Shown here: positions 40,001 through 47,025 of the stretch, piece after piece
Layout: every line of letters begins with the position of its first letter
How positions within the stretch are numbered: the first letter of the stretch is position 1
Source of the DNA: Alphaproteobacteria bacterium
GTDB lineage: Bacteria; Pseudomonadota; Alphaproteobacteria; JAJFIK01
Direction of reading: 5' to 3'
Length of the DNA: 64,000 bases
NCBI GenBank assembly: GCA_050331455.1
Contig: JBHJGV010000029.1
Location: forward strand, 21,596 to 85,595
Position numbers and translations under genes: made by a program
Notes under the pieces: generated by a model
Told to the model about the DNA's origin: nothing
Database searches by the model: none
What the model saw: the letters and a program-made list of their open reading frames with translations, nothing else

Positions 40001-40539
40001 AGGGGGGCGCCGGCGATGACCTCCTGCTGGGCGGTTCGGACTTCGGCTCCGATACGCTCCGCGGCGGTGACGGGAACGACACCCTCCGTGGCGGGCCCGG
40101 CCGGGACAGCCTGGACGGGGATGCCGGCAATGACACCCTCGAAGGCGGCGATCAGCGCGACACGCTGAATGGCGGGGCCGGTGACGACAGCCTCGACGGG
40201 GGTCGCTGGAACGACACCCTGAACGGCGGCACGGGCAACGACACGCTGCGGGGCGGTGACGGCGCAGACACCTTCGAACTCGACCCCGGCTTCCGCGACG
40301 ACGTGCTGGTTGATTTCGACCCCAATAAGGGCGGGGAAGTGATCGATGCCAGCGGCATGGGCCAGAGCTTTGCCGATTTCGAGGACGGCACCCCGGACGG
40401 CCTGATCAATATCGCCGATACCGGCAACACCAATGTGGCCATCGTGAACGGTACGGATCTTCAGCTCACCTTCAATGACGGCTCCACCCTGATCGTGGAG
40501 AATGTCACCGAGCTGGATACCAACACCCTCACTTTCTGA
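28039..40539 (+). CDS. giant (4166 aa) RTX-type calcium-binding repeat protein / putative T1SS-secreted adhesin with CARDB-like and VCBS/cadherin-like repeat modules
   Basis: Uninterrupted 12.5-kb frame. Hundreds of GGxGxDxL nonapeptide (hemolysin-type Ca-binding) repeats from residue ~10. About 350-aa super-repeats occur 4 times. Six tandem ~95-aa Ig/cadherin-like repeats (...TYTPAANFxGTDSFTYTVxDGNGG...). A CARDB-like segment (LPNLTIANAVLPGG...). Three VCBS-like ~125-aa repeats. A C-terminal RTX block. A non-cleaved C-terminal secretion-signal-like tail (...DLQLTFNDGSTLIVENVTELDTNTLTF). Confidence 0.9.
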   Translation: MAQITGTGGNDNGIDNPALIGAGDADTITGQGGNDSLSGLGGDDSLIPGTGVDTVDGGAGNDTIDLGSISGTFAPVEIYDGGANTDELRANLTNDTLDLTQATLISIENILITGSSNRTVILTAAQIAGLSRIEGATEIRVVGGTTVDLSGLTAPDGSGLPTPIVLDDGDQTIVFGTNDLTVNGGTGNDTADLSGIAFPITVNPSGSATFTDGGGNLVTLTFINIDTITEGNPPQTVNGTGGDDNLTGSEDADIINGFAGNDVIDGARGADTIVSGPDTIGGGSVDRDSVNGGPGADSITGGAGPDSLVGDDGNASIGENDTLIGGIGNDTLVGNGGDDSLDGGADDDSLLGQDGNDELLAGAGNDIVFGGAGTDTLSGGVGDDILDGDAGDDSIEAGDGNDLIEASEGNDMVDAGGGEDTIRFNEGDASLVGGSGNDVFDFVSFAESGSPTLDGGAGDDIFETTSRGDSIIGGNGADDIRASGFGGLDFIDGGAGNDTIDLYGTGVTVLGGDGDDSITDAFRSAGASSIEGGLGNDTIESTASADTIGGGEGDDLITPGLGSDSVEGGIGSDTIVFNGLRANYSISRVNAGNINELRVTDVTRPNDRDTITGAEFLRFSDQDFVPTTANTGLLLTAGNGGNTLTGTLFDDMLTGGTGDDSIEAVAGNDVVIGGEGTDTVEGADGNDVLFGGAGADSVDGSAGNDSIEGDTGAEDSGDSDTLRGGAGNDSMLGNGGDDDIAGGDDNDTLRGQDGNDSLQGDGGNDSLFGDAGDDTLEGGDGNDRLDGGVGVDSLAGGIGNDTITSINDEDAFVDGGDGNDSLRFAEFSVRISGGDGNDFLDFVSFTGSGSPTLDGGAGNDAIETTSRGDSILGGDGDDDIRASGFGGSDTVDGGAGNDTIDIYGSQTTVLGGAGDDFISDPFRSGSAASVDGGEGNDTISATNQANTLTGGAGDDEIDGRGGDDTVFFTGTIADYTIQEGVDSGFVTITDLRPGVPDGVDLVRGVETAQFADGSVTLNPNPPSFIVGTPGDDTIVGTSAGERIDGLAGNDSLGITSGNDTLNGGEGNDTLRYSEEDVLISGGLGDDFIDFATFTGNGSPTLNGDEGNDIIELSSRSDSVSGSDGDDDIQSGAFGGNDVVDGGAGNDTIDLHGAAITAIGGSGDDFIDYINTSAAADITGGTGDDAIEGTPFDDTIDAGEDNDRITPGTGSDSVDAGTGADTVVFNGNRADFIITRQNAGDVDTLIVTDVTRPNDVDTITGAETLTFTDGDFVPTTANTGLVQTASDGGETLTGTPLDDVLTGGAGNDNIDGLASNDLLRGQGGDDTVVGGDGRDVIEGGAGLDDLSGGAGDDSLAGDDNNGSTGENDTLRGEAGNDILFGNGGNDRIEGGTENDTLEGQDGDDALLGEDGNDSLLGEGGDDSLDGGLGNDTLDGGIGFDVLIGGDGNDLISSTSDADSSVDGGSGDDWLRYAEHTTEILGGDGNDFLDFVNFAGNGAPTLDGGAGDDIIESTSRSDLIIGGVGNDSVRRAGFGGQDTIDGGAGNDTLEFSSGSLTTVIAGDGDDVVDYVSGSAAVNADGGAGNDTIEGTVAGDTIGGGGDNDRITPGGGDDAVNAGSGEDTIVYSGNRSEYSVGGTVNGLVIVDLRNGNPEGSDTITNAEFIRFADGDLPVSSGFAGLLINGTGGNDNGEPGEQPVLVGTILNDTINGLAGDDRLEGLAGFDILNGDDGDDTLNGGDGDDVLDGGTGFNDIAEFDGLRADYQITTNGSTTTVIDQNLIGGNDGTDTLTNIRILRFADQDVALSNTAPTLGADTLSVNEDTTLNTPVATLLSNDSDADADPLTLVGANNAVNGTVTVIGSTTVQFVPAADFNGAASYDYTVSDGFTTSTVTVTVTVNPINDRPVAGDDTASTNEDVVLVTGDLLANDTDVDNDSLTITTTTVITNQGGTATNNGDGTFTYTPAANFFGSDFFFYNVTDGNGGNDSARVDITVLSVNDEPVAEPDSASTTENVAVTTPDVLANDTDDDGDTLTITAFDATSDQGGTVTDNLDGTFTYTPATNFAGTDSFTYTVADGNGGSATGTVTVTVTGQNNAPVALDDTLTLNEDISTVTGNLLTNDTDANGDPLSLVGFDTVTANGGVITTTPSGTALRYTPAANFNGTDSFTYTVSDGRGGTDTATVNVTVTAVNDAPVAVADTTVTAEDTPVVTPVLAANDTDVEGDVLSVTGFPGTSAQGGTVTDNADGTFTYTPAANFTGTDSFTYTVEDGNGGSATGTVSVTVTPENDAPVAGDDSLATLQDVPLVVPGLLDNDTDVDGDSLSLAGFDAVSTQSGSIVSSGANTVTYTPAVGFTGTDSFTYTVADGNGGTDTATATVTVSPVPNLPNLTIANAVLPGGVEEQQVTVSYDLINNGSADALGGFITRLYFSEDMVLDSGDELERTVNFSADLPAGTTIGRTAQVTLPENPGEIFLLVQVDAVNFIPEGSELDNVGVSPAAVISPEYDAEVTVAPTLAPNSQPFIIEGVATDLQSGGGAAFEFVTIEAETDGVTRTFSAQTDSLGRWSLLYQPGPKDAGPVTFAARNPGVPGEDSLPEETTSLFGMDFAETSVSGTVIEGTTKTFTVSLDNLAAVDLTNLSVNLFGVNPLLDVDVTAPNNLSGETSVDVLVDVTVPDNPGFTFDSFGLQITSQEGAVAEAPFNLNITDNVPVLSFSEWPLNSGMLLGAQTLIDVDVTNTGGDDTGEIVITLPGGPDFSFLSLASSETIANLAPGESTTVTLSLQPEQDAPIELFQGNLAFNSPFTAASLPFAFNTVSSETGTLDLTIVDELFYFTPDMPTLDDARVVIRNNLTKEIVFQSDDVDGTALIEDLPVGFYDIEVKADDHDAFARTVEIKAGETTTLEAFLSQQVVSYTFTVTEVELTETFDVTIEANFNTVVPHPQVLVEPTVIDLAGLDTIGDKKTVDLVLTNIGLIQTEDVTLNLGSHPYYKIEPAVDVLDVLDARSSASIPVHITRIADGPPNSAPCSLGGNVRYSYDAGPNDVNKVVPIGYINLDAQCTGAEGQPVPTLFGPGAFFDGTPGTSAVGAGGVSLPPQIIQTGSDVPVTVRIQINQQAVLTRQGFEGLLELENASDEALTNIEVSVEIFDENGVLVGEGVFGVTDPELDGITAADGTGVLAADSAGSALFTIVPSADAAPTGPENYTIAGTLKYTLDGNDITQPLAGTTVEVLPVAELNLDYFFQRDVASDDPFTSEIEQAVPFDLGLLIQNDGAGTAGDLTITSGQPEIIENESGLLIDFEILGTEVNSQPIQPTLTADIGDLPGGETAVVVFQLESSLQGSFSDYEATFESVNDLGLPELSTIQSVEIRELIQVVRDDRDGADGLDDFLVNEVIDSDITPDTLFLSDGTTEPVSVATVTIIEGDLSDGRITVQMNQETGWNYASFDDPGLGDFVIDSVTRADGSTLPGRNAWQTDRTFPFDQTERPIYEDKIKLFDFAGASGTQTYTITFEDFDLNTAPDARNDAVTTDEDTAVNGSVLANNGSGADTDADGDPLTVTDVNGISGFVGTAAALASGAKVTVNADGSYSYDPNGAFEALNTSETATDSFTYTVSDGEGGTDNATVFVTVTGVDEDPSVDPRPNTAPDARNDAVTVSEDQSAGGSLLADNGNGADTDADGDPLTVIGVGPGGTVGTPFLLASGARLTVGINGAFTYETNGAFEILNTGETATDSFTYTVSDGEGGTDTATVFVTVTGDTDLPPENPNTAPDARDDGFTLGENETKTGSLFADNGNGEDTDVDGDAFIVTAVDDKAASVGSTITLASGALLTVIGNGTFTYDTDNAFEFLNNGETAFDSFTYTLSDGEGGSDTATVNLTITGETDGNDEDKGDVIIGTNGPDTLDGGAGNDTIDGGNGNNVLNGGEGNDSITGGDRWGDDTVDGGAGADTIQGGSNNDSLLGGADDDSVNGGYGTDTLQGGSGNDTLEGGDRNDSLEGGAGDDLLLGGSDFGSDTLRGGDGNDTLRGGPGRDSLDGDAGNDTLEGGDQRDTLNGGAGDDSLDGGRWNDTLNGGTGNDTLRGGDGADTFELDPGFRDDVLVDFDPNKGGEVIDASGMGQSFADFEDGTPDGLINIADTGNTNVAIVNGTDLQLTFNDGSTLIVENVTELDTNTLTF
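33451..35175 (+). repeat. six tandem ~285-nt (about 95-aa) Ig/cadherin-like repeats inside the giant adhesin
   Basis: Each unit starts (I/V)ND(R/E/A)PVA...D, contains LANDTD..D.L and TYTPAANF.GTDSFTYTV.DGNGG, and ends TVTV. Coordinates approximate. Confidence 0.75.
38566..39660 (+). repeat. three tandem ~370-nt VCBS-like repeats inside the giant adhesin
   Basis: Units begin NTAPDAR(N/D)D and contain ADNGNG.DTD.DGD and TDSFTYT(V/L)SDGEGG.D.ATV.(V/L)T(V/I)TG. Coordinates approximate. Confidence 0.7.
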
Positions 40540-40550
40540 TTACAGGAAAG

Positions 40551-40640
40551 CGGGGCGGGGCCGGGTGGACCGGCTCCGCCCCGAAGCACGGAAAAAAGCG
40601 GTGCCCGGAGACGATCCGGACACCTCTTTTCTTTTCGCCC
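40551..40640 (+). terminator. putative terminator region downstream of the giant adhesin
   Basis: GC-rich hairpin CGGGGCGG...CCGCCCCG (40551-40583), then a second short stem CCGGA-gacga-TCCGG followed by the T-rich run TCTTTTCTTTTCG (40625-40637). Confidence 0.5.
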
Positions 40641-40670
40641 GATCCGCCAGCTCAATCTGAACAAGAGGGG

Positions 40671-41324
40671 TCAGGGGGAATGGGGCTCGACGGCGTCGGA
40701 CCCGGTCCGCAGTTTGGCAACGAAATCGGTGAGGCCAATCTGGCGCTGCCGGCGCAGGCGTTCCGCGGTAAGAATGGCGCACACCTGCCCCAGCGCCTCG
40801 GTGCGATCCCGGTTCACGATGACATAGTCATATTCGGCCCAGTGGCTCATTTCCGTGCCCGCCTGGGCCATACGCCGGGCCACGACATCTTCCGGATCGG
40901 AGGCACGATTGCGCAGGCGGGTTTCGAGTTCCGTCCAGGACGGCGGCAGAATGAACACCCGGACAAGATCGTTGAGCGCATTGCGCTCCAGTTGCTGGGC
41001 CCCCTGCCAGTCGATGTCGAACAGCACATCCCGGCCCGAAGCCAGGGCCTCCTCCACGGGGGCCCGCGGCGTGCCGTACCGGTTCCCGAAGACCTCGGCA
41101 TATTCCAGAAGGGCACCGTCGCGCACCATGGCCTCGAAGGCCTCGACACTGCGAAAATGATATTCGCGGCCATTCTGTTCGCCAGGACGGGGCGCGCGCG
41201 TCGTGACGGATACGGACAGCTCGATCAGCTGATCCGCCTCCAACAGGCCTTTTGCAAGGGTGGATTTGCCCGCCCCCGAGGGCGAGGACAGGACGAACAT
41301 CATGCCGCGGCGCTCGATCACCAT
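40671..41324 (-). CDS. gmk: guanylate kinase
   Basis: FVLSSPSGAGKSTL P-loop, TTRAPRPGEQNGREYHF, DIDWQG. Start set at the MVIERRG Met; the ORF track extends to 41453. Confidence 0.9.
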   Translation of the reverse strand: MVIERRGMMFVLSSPSGAGKSTLAKGLLEADQLIELSVSVTTRAPRPGEQNGREYHFRSVEAFEAMVRDGALLEYAEVFGNRYGTPRAPVEEALASGRDVLFDIDWQGAQQLERNALNDLVRVFILPPSWTELETRLRNRASDPEDVVARRMAQAGTEMSHWAEYDYVIVNRDRTEALGQVCAILTAERLRRQRQIGLTDFVAKLRTGSDAVEPHSP

Positions 41325-41415
41325 GGCTTCCTCCGATCCCGCGCCGTTGCTCCCGTCCTGGGCTCCCGTCCGGGGCTCCCGTCCGGGGCTCCCGTCCGGG
41401 TCGACGCCTGGGTGA

Positions 41416-42288
41416 CTATTCCACGTTCTGGATCTGCTCGCGCATCTGATCAATGACGGCCTTCAGCTCCAGGCCGATGCGGGTCAGGGCCAGATCGGAC
41501 GATTTGGAGCAGAGAGTATTGGCTTCCCGGTTAAATTCCTGGCTCAGAAAATCGAACCGGCGCCCGACGGCCCCGCCGCCCGCCAGGAGATCCCGCGCCG
41601 CCTGGGCATGGGCACGCAATCGATCCAGTTCCTCGGTGATATCGGCCTTGGTCATCAAGAGGGCGGCTTCTTGATGGAGCCGCTCTTCGGACAGGGCCTG
41701 GTCTTCGAGCAGGGCACTCACCTGGAGGCGCAGGCGCTCCCGCAATCGGTCGGGCTGGGCAGCGGCACAGGAGGCCGCCTCGTCCACCAGCGTTTCGAGG
41801 GTGGCGATCTGGCCGCCAATGGTCTGGGTAAGGGCCCGCCCCTCCTCTGCACGCGCGGTTTCCAGGGCCTCAAGAGCCTTTTCGAGGCTGTCAGTCAGGG
41901 CCTCCATCCGCGCGGCCCGTTCCTCCTCGCTCTCCTCAGGCTCCTGCACATCAAGCACGCCCCGCAGGGACAAAATGCCCTCAAGAGCCGGCGCAGGCGC
42001 ATCGGGGACGCGCTCGCGCAACGGCGCGAGGACGCTGAGCACCTGGTCGAGGGCGTCCCTGTTCACGGACAGGGTCGCCGCCCCGCCGGAGCGGGCGATC
42101 TGCAAACCGATCTGCAGCGAGCCGCGCTTGAACCGGGCGGCCGCCCGCTTGCGCGCCTCCTGCTCCAGCACCTCAAGACCCGAGGGCACCCGCACCCGCA
42201 TGTCGAGGCCCTTGCCGTTCACGCTGCGCAACTCCCAGGCCCAGTGATGGGCGCCGTGGCTCGCCTCGACACGGGCAAAGCCGGTCAT
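41416..42288 (-). CDS. yicC: YicC/YloC family stress-induced protein
   Basis: MTGFARVEASHGAHHWAWELRSVNGKGLD N-terminus and C-terminal DITEELDRLRAH...FDFLSQEFNREANTLCSKS, both typical of YicC. Start set at MTGFARV. Confidence 0.85.
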   Translation of the reverse strand: MTGFARVEASHGAHHWAWELRSVNGKGLDMRVRVPSGLEVLEQEARKRAAARFKRGSLQIGLQIARSGGAATLSVNRDALDQVLSVLAPLRERVPDAPAPALEGILSLRGVLDVQEPEESEEERAARMEALTDSLEKALEALETARAEEGRALTQTIGGQIATLETLVDEAASCAAAQPDRLRERLRLQVSALLEDQALSEERLHQEAALLMTKADITEELDRLRAHAQAARDLLAGGGAVGRRFDFLSQEFNREANTLCSKSSDLALTRIGLELKAVIDQMREQIQNVE

Positions 42289-42338
42289 GCTGGCGAGCGT
42301 CACCCCTTCCGGATCATGCCGCTTGGTCCGCCCGGCCA

Positions 42339-43346
42339 TCAACGCTGCCCCTTTTCCCGCTGGACGCGCCGCCAGCGCGCGACATTCTCGTTGTGCTCTT
42401 TGAGCGTTTTCGCAAAGACATGGCCGCCCGTGCCGTCGGCGACGAAATAGAGAAAGTCCGTCTGGGGCGGATTGAGAACGGCGGCGATGGCCGCCCGTCC
42501 GGGATTGGCGATCGGCGTGGGCGGAAGGCCGCCTTTCACATAGGTATTGTAAGGATTGTCCGCATCGAGATCGCTGCGCCGAATGCGCCGGCCCAGAGGC
42601 CGTCCCTTGGTGATCGGGTAAATCACGGTCGGATCGGACTGGAGACGCATTCCCTTGCGCAAGCGGTTGACGAAAACCGAGGCCACGAGAGGCCGTTCAT
42701 CCGCAAGGCCGGTTTCTTTTTCGACGATGGACGCCAGGATCAGCGCTTCATAGGGCGTCGCGAGGGGCAGGTCGGCGGCCCGATCGTCCCACAGGGCATC
42801 CAGCACCGCGCGCTTGTCCGCCTGCATCCTTGCAAGCAGATCCATCCGGGTGGTGCCGCGCTGGAAGAGATAGGTCTCCGGCAGGAGCAGGCCTTCCTCG
42901 GGCGGGTCCGTCACCTCTCCCACAAGGACCGGATCCGCGCGCAGCAAATCGACGACCTGGGCCACGGAATAGCCCTCGGGCACGGTGAGCCGGTGCAGGA
43001 TCGATTTGCCTTGGGTCAGGATATCCAGAATCTTGGCCATGCTGGCCCGGCTCGGAATGGCGTATTCCCCAGCCTTCAGATTGCTGCCGCGTCCCTGGAT
43101 CCGGGCCGCCAGGGAGAAGATCCTGGCCTGGGTGATCACGCCTCGGGCCTCGAGCCGCCGGGCGATGGTCCCCAGGCCGATCCCCCGCTCTAAAAGCACC
43201 ACCGTCTGGGCGGCCCGGTCGGGTGCCGCCGGTCCCGGCGCCTCGAAACGATGCTTTCCGTACAAAAACAGGCCCCCGGCGCCCAGCCCTGCCACGAGGA
43301 CGAGCACGGCGGAAAGGCCGAACAGGATCTTCAGGAGACGAAGCAC
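42339..43346 (-). CDS. mltG: endolytic murein transglycosylase MltG (YceG-like)
   Basis: N-terminal TM, then YceG-like domain motifs ...LLPETYLF..., LILASIVEKETG, and NPYNTYVKGGLPPTPIANPG. Confidence 0.85.
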   Translation of the reverse strand: MLRLLKILFGLSAVLVLVAGLGAGGLFLYGKHRFEAPGPAAPDRAAQTVVLLERGIGLGTIARRLEARGVITQARIFSLAARIQGRGSNLKAGEYAIPSRASMAKILDILTQGKSILHRLTVPEGYSVAQVVDLLRADPVLVGEVTDPPEEGLLLPETYLFQRGTTRMDLLARMQADKRAVLDALWDDRAADLPLATPYEALILASIVEKETGLADERPLVASVFVNRLRKGMRLQSDPTVIYPITKGRPLGRRIRRSDLDADNPYNTYVKGGLPPTPIANPGRAAIAAVLNPPQTDFLYFVADGTGGHVFAKTLKEHNENVARWRRVQREKGQR

Positions 43347-43374
43347 GGGGCCGGTTCCTTTCCCGCCGGCGGGA

Positions 43375-44640
43375 TCACGCGGGCGGCTTGACCATGACCA
43401 GGGTGGCGTTGGTGCCGCCGAACCCGAAGGAATTGGAGAGCACCGTGTTGATCTCCCGCTTGCGCGGCGTCAGCGGCACCAGATCGAGCGCGGTGTCCAC
43501 GGAGGGATCTTCCAGGTTCAGGGTCGCCGGGGCGATCGAGTCCCGCATGGCGAGAATGCCGAAAATGGCTTCCACGGCGCCGGCCGCGCCCAGCAGATGG
43601 CCGATGGAGGATTTCGTGGACGACATGGCGATGTTGCTCGCCGCATTGCCCACGAGTCGCTCCACTGCACGCACTTCGATCTCGTCGCCCTTGGGCGTCG
43701 AAGTGCCGTGGGCGTTGATATAGTCGATATCGGCTGGTTCCAATCCCGCCCGGGCCAGCGCCATCTTCATGGAGCGATAGCCCCCGTCGCCGTCCTCGGC
43801 CGGCGCCGTGATGTGAAAGGCGTCCCCGGACAATCCGTATCCCACCACCTCGGCATAGATCGGCGCGCCGCGGGCGCGGGCATGCTCCAATTCTTCAAGC
43901 ACGACGATCCCGGCGCCTTCACCCATCACGAAGCCGTCCCGTCGGCGATCATAGGGCCGGGAGGCTTTTTCCGGGGTGTCGTTGAACCCGGTGGACAGGG
44001 CACGGGAAGCGGCGAAGCCGGCAATGCCCAGGGGACTGATCGCGGCCTCGGCACCGCCGGCGACCATGACATCCGCGTCGTCGAGGGCGATCAGGCGGGC
44101 CGCATCGCCGATGGCATGGGCGCCCGTGGAGCAGGCCGTCACCACGGCGTGGTTGGGCCCCTTGAGGCCAAAACGGATGGAGACCTGGCCGGACAGCAGA
44201 TTGATCAGTGCACTGGGGATGAAGAAGGGACTGACCTTGCGTGGACCCTTTTCATGCAGCGTGATCGCGGTTTTTTCGATGGTCGGCAGCCCGCCGATGC
44301 CTGACCCGATCAGAACGCCGGCGCGGCACGCGGCCTCGTCATTGGCCGGTTTGTAGGCCGCGTGGTCCATGGCCTGCTGGGCCGCCGCAAGCCCAAAAAT
44401 GATGAAATCGTCGAGCCGGCGTTGTTCCCGTGGCTCCACCCAGTCGTCGGCATTGAAGGCCGTGTCGGACCCGTCGCCGCGCCGGAGTTGGCAAGCGACT
44501 TTAGCCGGGAGCGCAGAGGTGTCGAAGCCTTCGATGAGCTTTGCTCCGGAGCGCCCCTCGATCAGGTTGCGCCAGGTGGTTTCGACACCGGTTCCAAGGG
44601 GGGTGACGAGCCCGAGGCCCGTGACGACGACGCGACGCAT
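43375..44640 (-). CDS. fabF: beta-ketoacyl-ACP synthase II
   Basis: RRVVVTGLGLVTPLG, active-site VVTACSTGAHAIGDA, and HGTSTPKGDEIE...GHLLGAAG are KAS II signatures. Start at MRRVVV. Confidence 0.9.
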   Translation of the reverse strand: MRRVVVTGLGLVTPLGTGVETTWRNLIEGRSGAKLIEGFDTSALPAKVACQLRRGDGSDTAFNADDWVEPREQRRLDDFIIFGLAAAQQAMDHAAYKPANDEAACRAGVLIGSGIGGLPTIEKTAITLHEKGPRKVSPFFIPSALINLLSGQVSIRFGLKGPNHAVVTACSTGAHAIGDAARLIALDDADVMVAGGAEAAISPLGIAGFAASRALSTGFNDTPEKASRPYDRRRDGFVMGEGAGIVVLEELEHARARGAPIYAEVVGYGLSGDAFHITAPAEDGDGGYRSMKMALARAGLEPADIDYINAHGTSTPKGDEIEVRAVERLVGNAASNIAMSSTKSSIGHLLGAAGAVEAIFGILAMRDSIAPATLNLEDPSVDTALDLVPLTPRKREINTVLSNSFGFGGTNATLVMVKPPA

Positions 44641-44886
44641 GGCAATCCTCACATCACATTTTTTTTCGTTACCGCGTTCCATTCGTCAGCATACGCCATA
44701 CTGCGCCATGGGCCTTCCCGCCATGGGCCTCCCCGGTGTGACGAGACGGGCCGAACACGACGGCGCGTTTGCCGATACACGCGTCAACGCCCGTTAAGCT
44801 CCGCCCCCCGCACAATGCCGGGCACCGGCCGGTGCCAAGGCGCGAGGCCCCGGCCCGGCAGACCCGGCCCAGCAGACCCGGCCCAG

Positions 44887-45123
44887 TCAGGCGTTTTTGC
44901 TTTTCAGGAACTCGATCGCAGCGCCGACGGTCTGGATGGTTTCCGCGGCATCATCGGGAATCTCGACCCCGAATTCCTCTTCGAAGGCCATGACCAGTTC
45001 CACCGTGTCCAGGCTGTCCGCACCCAGATCATCAATGAAATTGGCGGTCTCCACGACCTTGTCGGCCTCCACATTGAGATGCTCGACGACGATCTTCTTT
45101 ACGCGTTCTGCGATGTCACTCAT
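44887..45123 (-). CDS. acpP: acyl carrier protein
   Basis: [21 protein letters not shown] carries the phosphopantetheine-attachment Ser motif. 78 aa. Confidence 0.95.
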   Translation of the reverse strand: MSDIAERVKKIVVEHLNVEADKVVETANFIDDLGADSLDTVELVMAFEEEFGVEIPDDAAETIQTVGAAIEFLKSKNA

Positions 45124-45286
45124 TGTTCTCGTTCCTCAGGTGGCGCCCGGCCCCGCACCTGTCCACCGGGCATTTTAAAACGGGATCTGGAGTTCAACGC
45201 CTGGGCGGGACCAGCTCCATCCTCTCGAAATCGGTCCGGGCAGGACTGGCGTCATGCCTGGGGTGTCGCCTGGCCGTGCCAGGGGA

Positions 45287-46024
45287 TCAGATCATGGCCA
45301 TGCCGCCATTCACATGCAGCGTCTGCCCCGTCATATATGCCGCTTCGTCACTTGCCACATAAACCACGGCCGCGGCGATGTCATCCGGCGTGCCCATGCG
45401 ACCGGCCGGAACCATGATGTTGATCCGTTCTTTCTGGGCCTCGTCAAGGGATGCGGTCATCGCAGTCTCGATAAAGCCCGGCGCAATGCAGTTGACGGTG
45501 ATGTTCCTGCTGGCGACTTCCTGGGCCAGCGCCTTGGACATACCGATCAGGCCGGCTTTCGAGGCGGCGTAATTGCCCTGGCCCGGATTGCCGGTCACGC
45601 CCACGACCGAGGTGATGGGAATGATGCGCCCCCAGCGGCGCTTCATCATGCCCCGCAGACAACCGCGCATGAGCAGGAAGGTCGATGTCAGATTGACCGC
45701 CAGGACGTCATCCCATTCGGCATCCTTCATCCGCATGAACAGATTGTCCCGGGTGATGCCCGCATTGGCCACCAAGATATCGAGGCCGCCAAGGGCCTCC
45801 TCCGCCCTTCCGGCCAGGGCGCCGACGGCGTCGCGATCCGCAAGATTGCAGGTGAGCGCCGTGGCCCGGTCGCCGAGCGTGTCCTTGAGGGCGTCGAGGG
45901 CGTCGGCGCGGGTGCCTGACAGGGCCACATGGGCGCCCCGAGCATGGAGGGCCTGGGCGATCGCGCTGCCGATCCCGCCACTGGCCCCCGTCACCAGGGC
46001 CTTCTTTCCGGTCAGGTCAAACAT
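45287..46024 (-). CDS. fabG: 3-oxoacyl-ACP reductase
   Basis: GKKALVTGASGGIGSAIA, NAG, and YAASKAGLIGMSKALA (YxxxK) SDR motifs, in fab cluster context. Confidence 0.9.
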   Translation of the reverse strand: MFDLTGKKALVTGASGGIGSAIAQALHARGAHVALSGTRADALDALKDTLGDRATALTCNLADRDAVGALAGRAEEALGGLDILVANAGITRDNLFMRMKDAEWDDVLAVNLTSTFLLMRGCLRGMMKRRWGRIIPITSVVGVTGNPGQGNYAASKAGLIGMSKALAQEVASRNITVNCIAPGFIETAMTASLDEAQKERINIMVPAGRMGTPDDIAAAVVYVASDEAAYMTGQTLHVNGGMAMI

Positions 46025-46080
46025 TCAAAGCCTTTGTTTCGTCATCGCCGCGACTCCGATGCACGCGCGCGTGCAGCATC

Positions 46081-47025
46081 TCACAGCAGTTTTGCAAACG
46101 CGTCCACATCCGCCGGCGTTTCGACCGCGTGGCACCGCAGCCCCCGGTGGATCCGTTTGTGCATGCCCGTCAAGACCTTGCCGGCCCCGACCTCTACGAT
46201 CCCCTCGACGCCCTGGTCGACCATATGCAGGATCGATTCCCGCCAGCGAACCCGACCGGTGATCTGATCGCGCAACAGGGTGCGGATGGTCTCCGGATCG
46301 CCGACGGCATCGGCCGTGACATTGGCGACAATGGGCACGACCGGCGCCTGGATGGGCACGGCCGCCAGGGCCTCGGCCATCGCCTCGGCCGCCGGCTCCA
46401 TCAACGGGCAATGGAACGGGGCGCTGACGGGCAGCAGCACGCCCTTCTTGGCGCCGGCTTCCTTGGCCCGCTCCAGCGCCGCCTCAATGGCTTCCCGATG
46501 GCCCGAAATCACCACCTGGCCGGGCGCGTTGTCGTTCGCGATGGCGCAGACCTGGCCCCCAGCCGCGCCGGGGACCACCTTGGTCGCCACGTCGTCGATA
46601 TCGATGGCCAGCAGGGCCGCCATGGCACCCACACCGACGGGAACGGCGGCCTGCATGGCCTGGCCCCGGGTGCGCAACAGGCGCGCCGTGTCCGCGACGC
46701 TCAAGGCCTTGCCCGAAGCAAGGGCGGAATACTCCCCAAGGGAATGGCCGGCCAGGAAGCGGGCATGGCGGCTGAGATCGAGGCCCGCTTCGCTTTCCAG
46801 GACCCGGATCACGGCGAGGCTGGTCGCCATGAGGGCCGGCTGGGCATTTTCCGTGAGCGTCAGATCGGCTTCGGGCCCCTCCCACATGATCCGGGTGAGC
46901 CGGATGTCCAGCGCATCGTCCACTTCCTCGAAGATCAGCCGCGCCGCGGGAAAGGCATCCGCCAGGGCCCGGCCCATGCCGACGGTCTGGGACCCCTGTC
47001 CGGGAAAAGTAAAGGCGCGTGCCAT
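46081..47025 (-). CDS. fabD: malonyl CoA-ACP transacylase
   Basis: FTFPGQGSQTVGMG and GHSLGEYSALA carry the active-site Ser of FabD. Confidence 0.9.
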   Translation of the reverse strand: MARAFTFPGQGSQTVGMGRALADAFPAARLIFEEVDDALDIRLTRIMWEGPEADLTLTENAQPALMATSLAVIRVLESEAGLDLSRHARFLAGHSLGEYSALASGKALSVADTARLLRTRGQAMQAAVPVGVGAMAALLAIDIDDVATKVVPGAAGGQVCAIANDNAPGQVVISGHREAIEAALERAKEAGAKKGVLLPVSAPFHCPLMEPAAEAMAEALAAVPIQAPVVPIVANVTADAVGDPETIRTLLRDQITGRVRWRESILHMVDQGVEGIVEVGAGKVLTGMHKRIHRGLRCHAVETPADVDAFAKLL

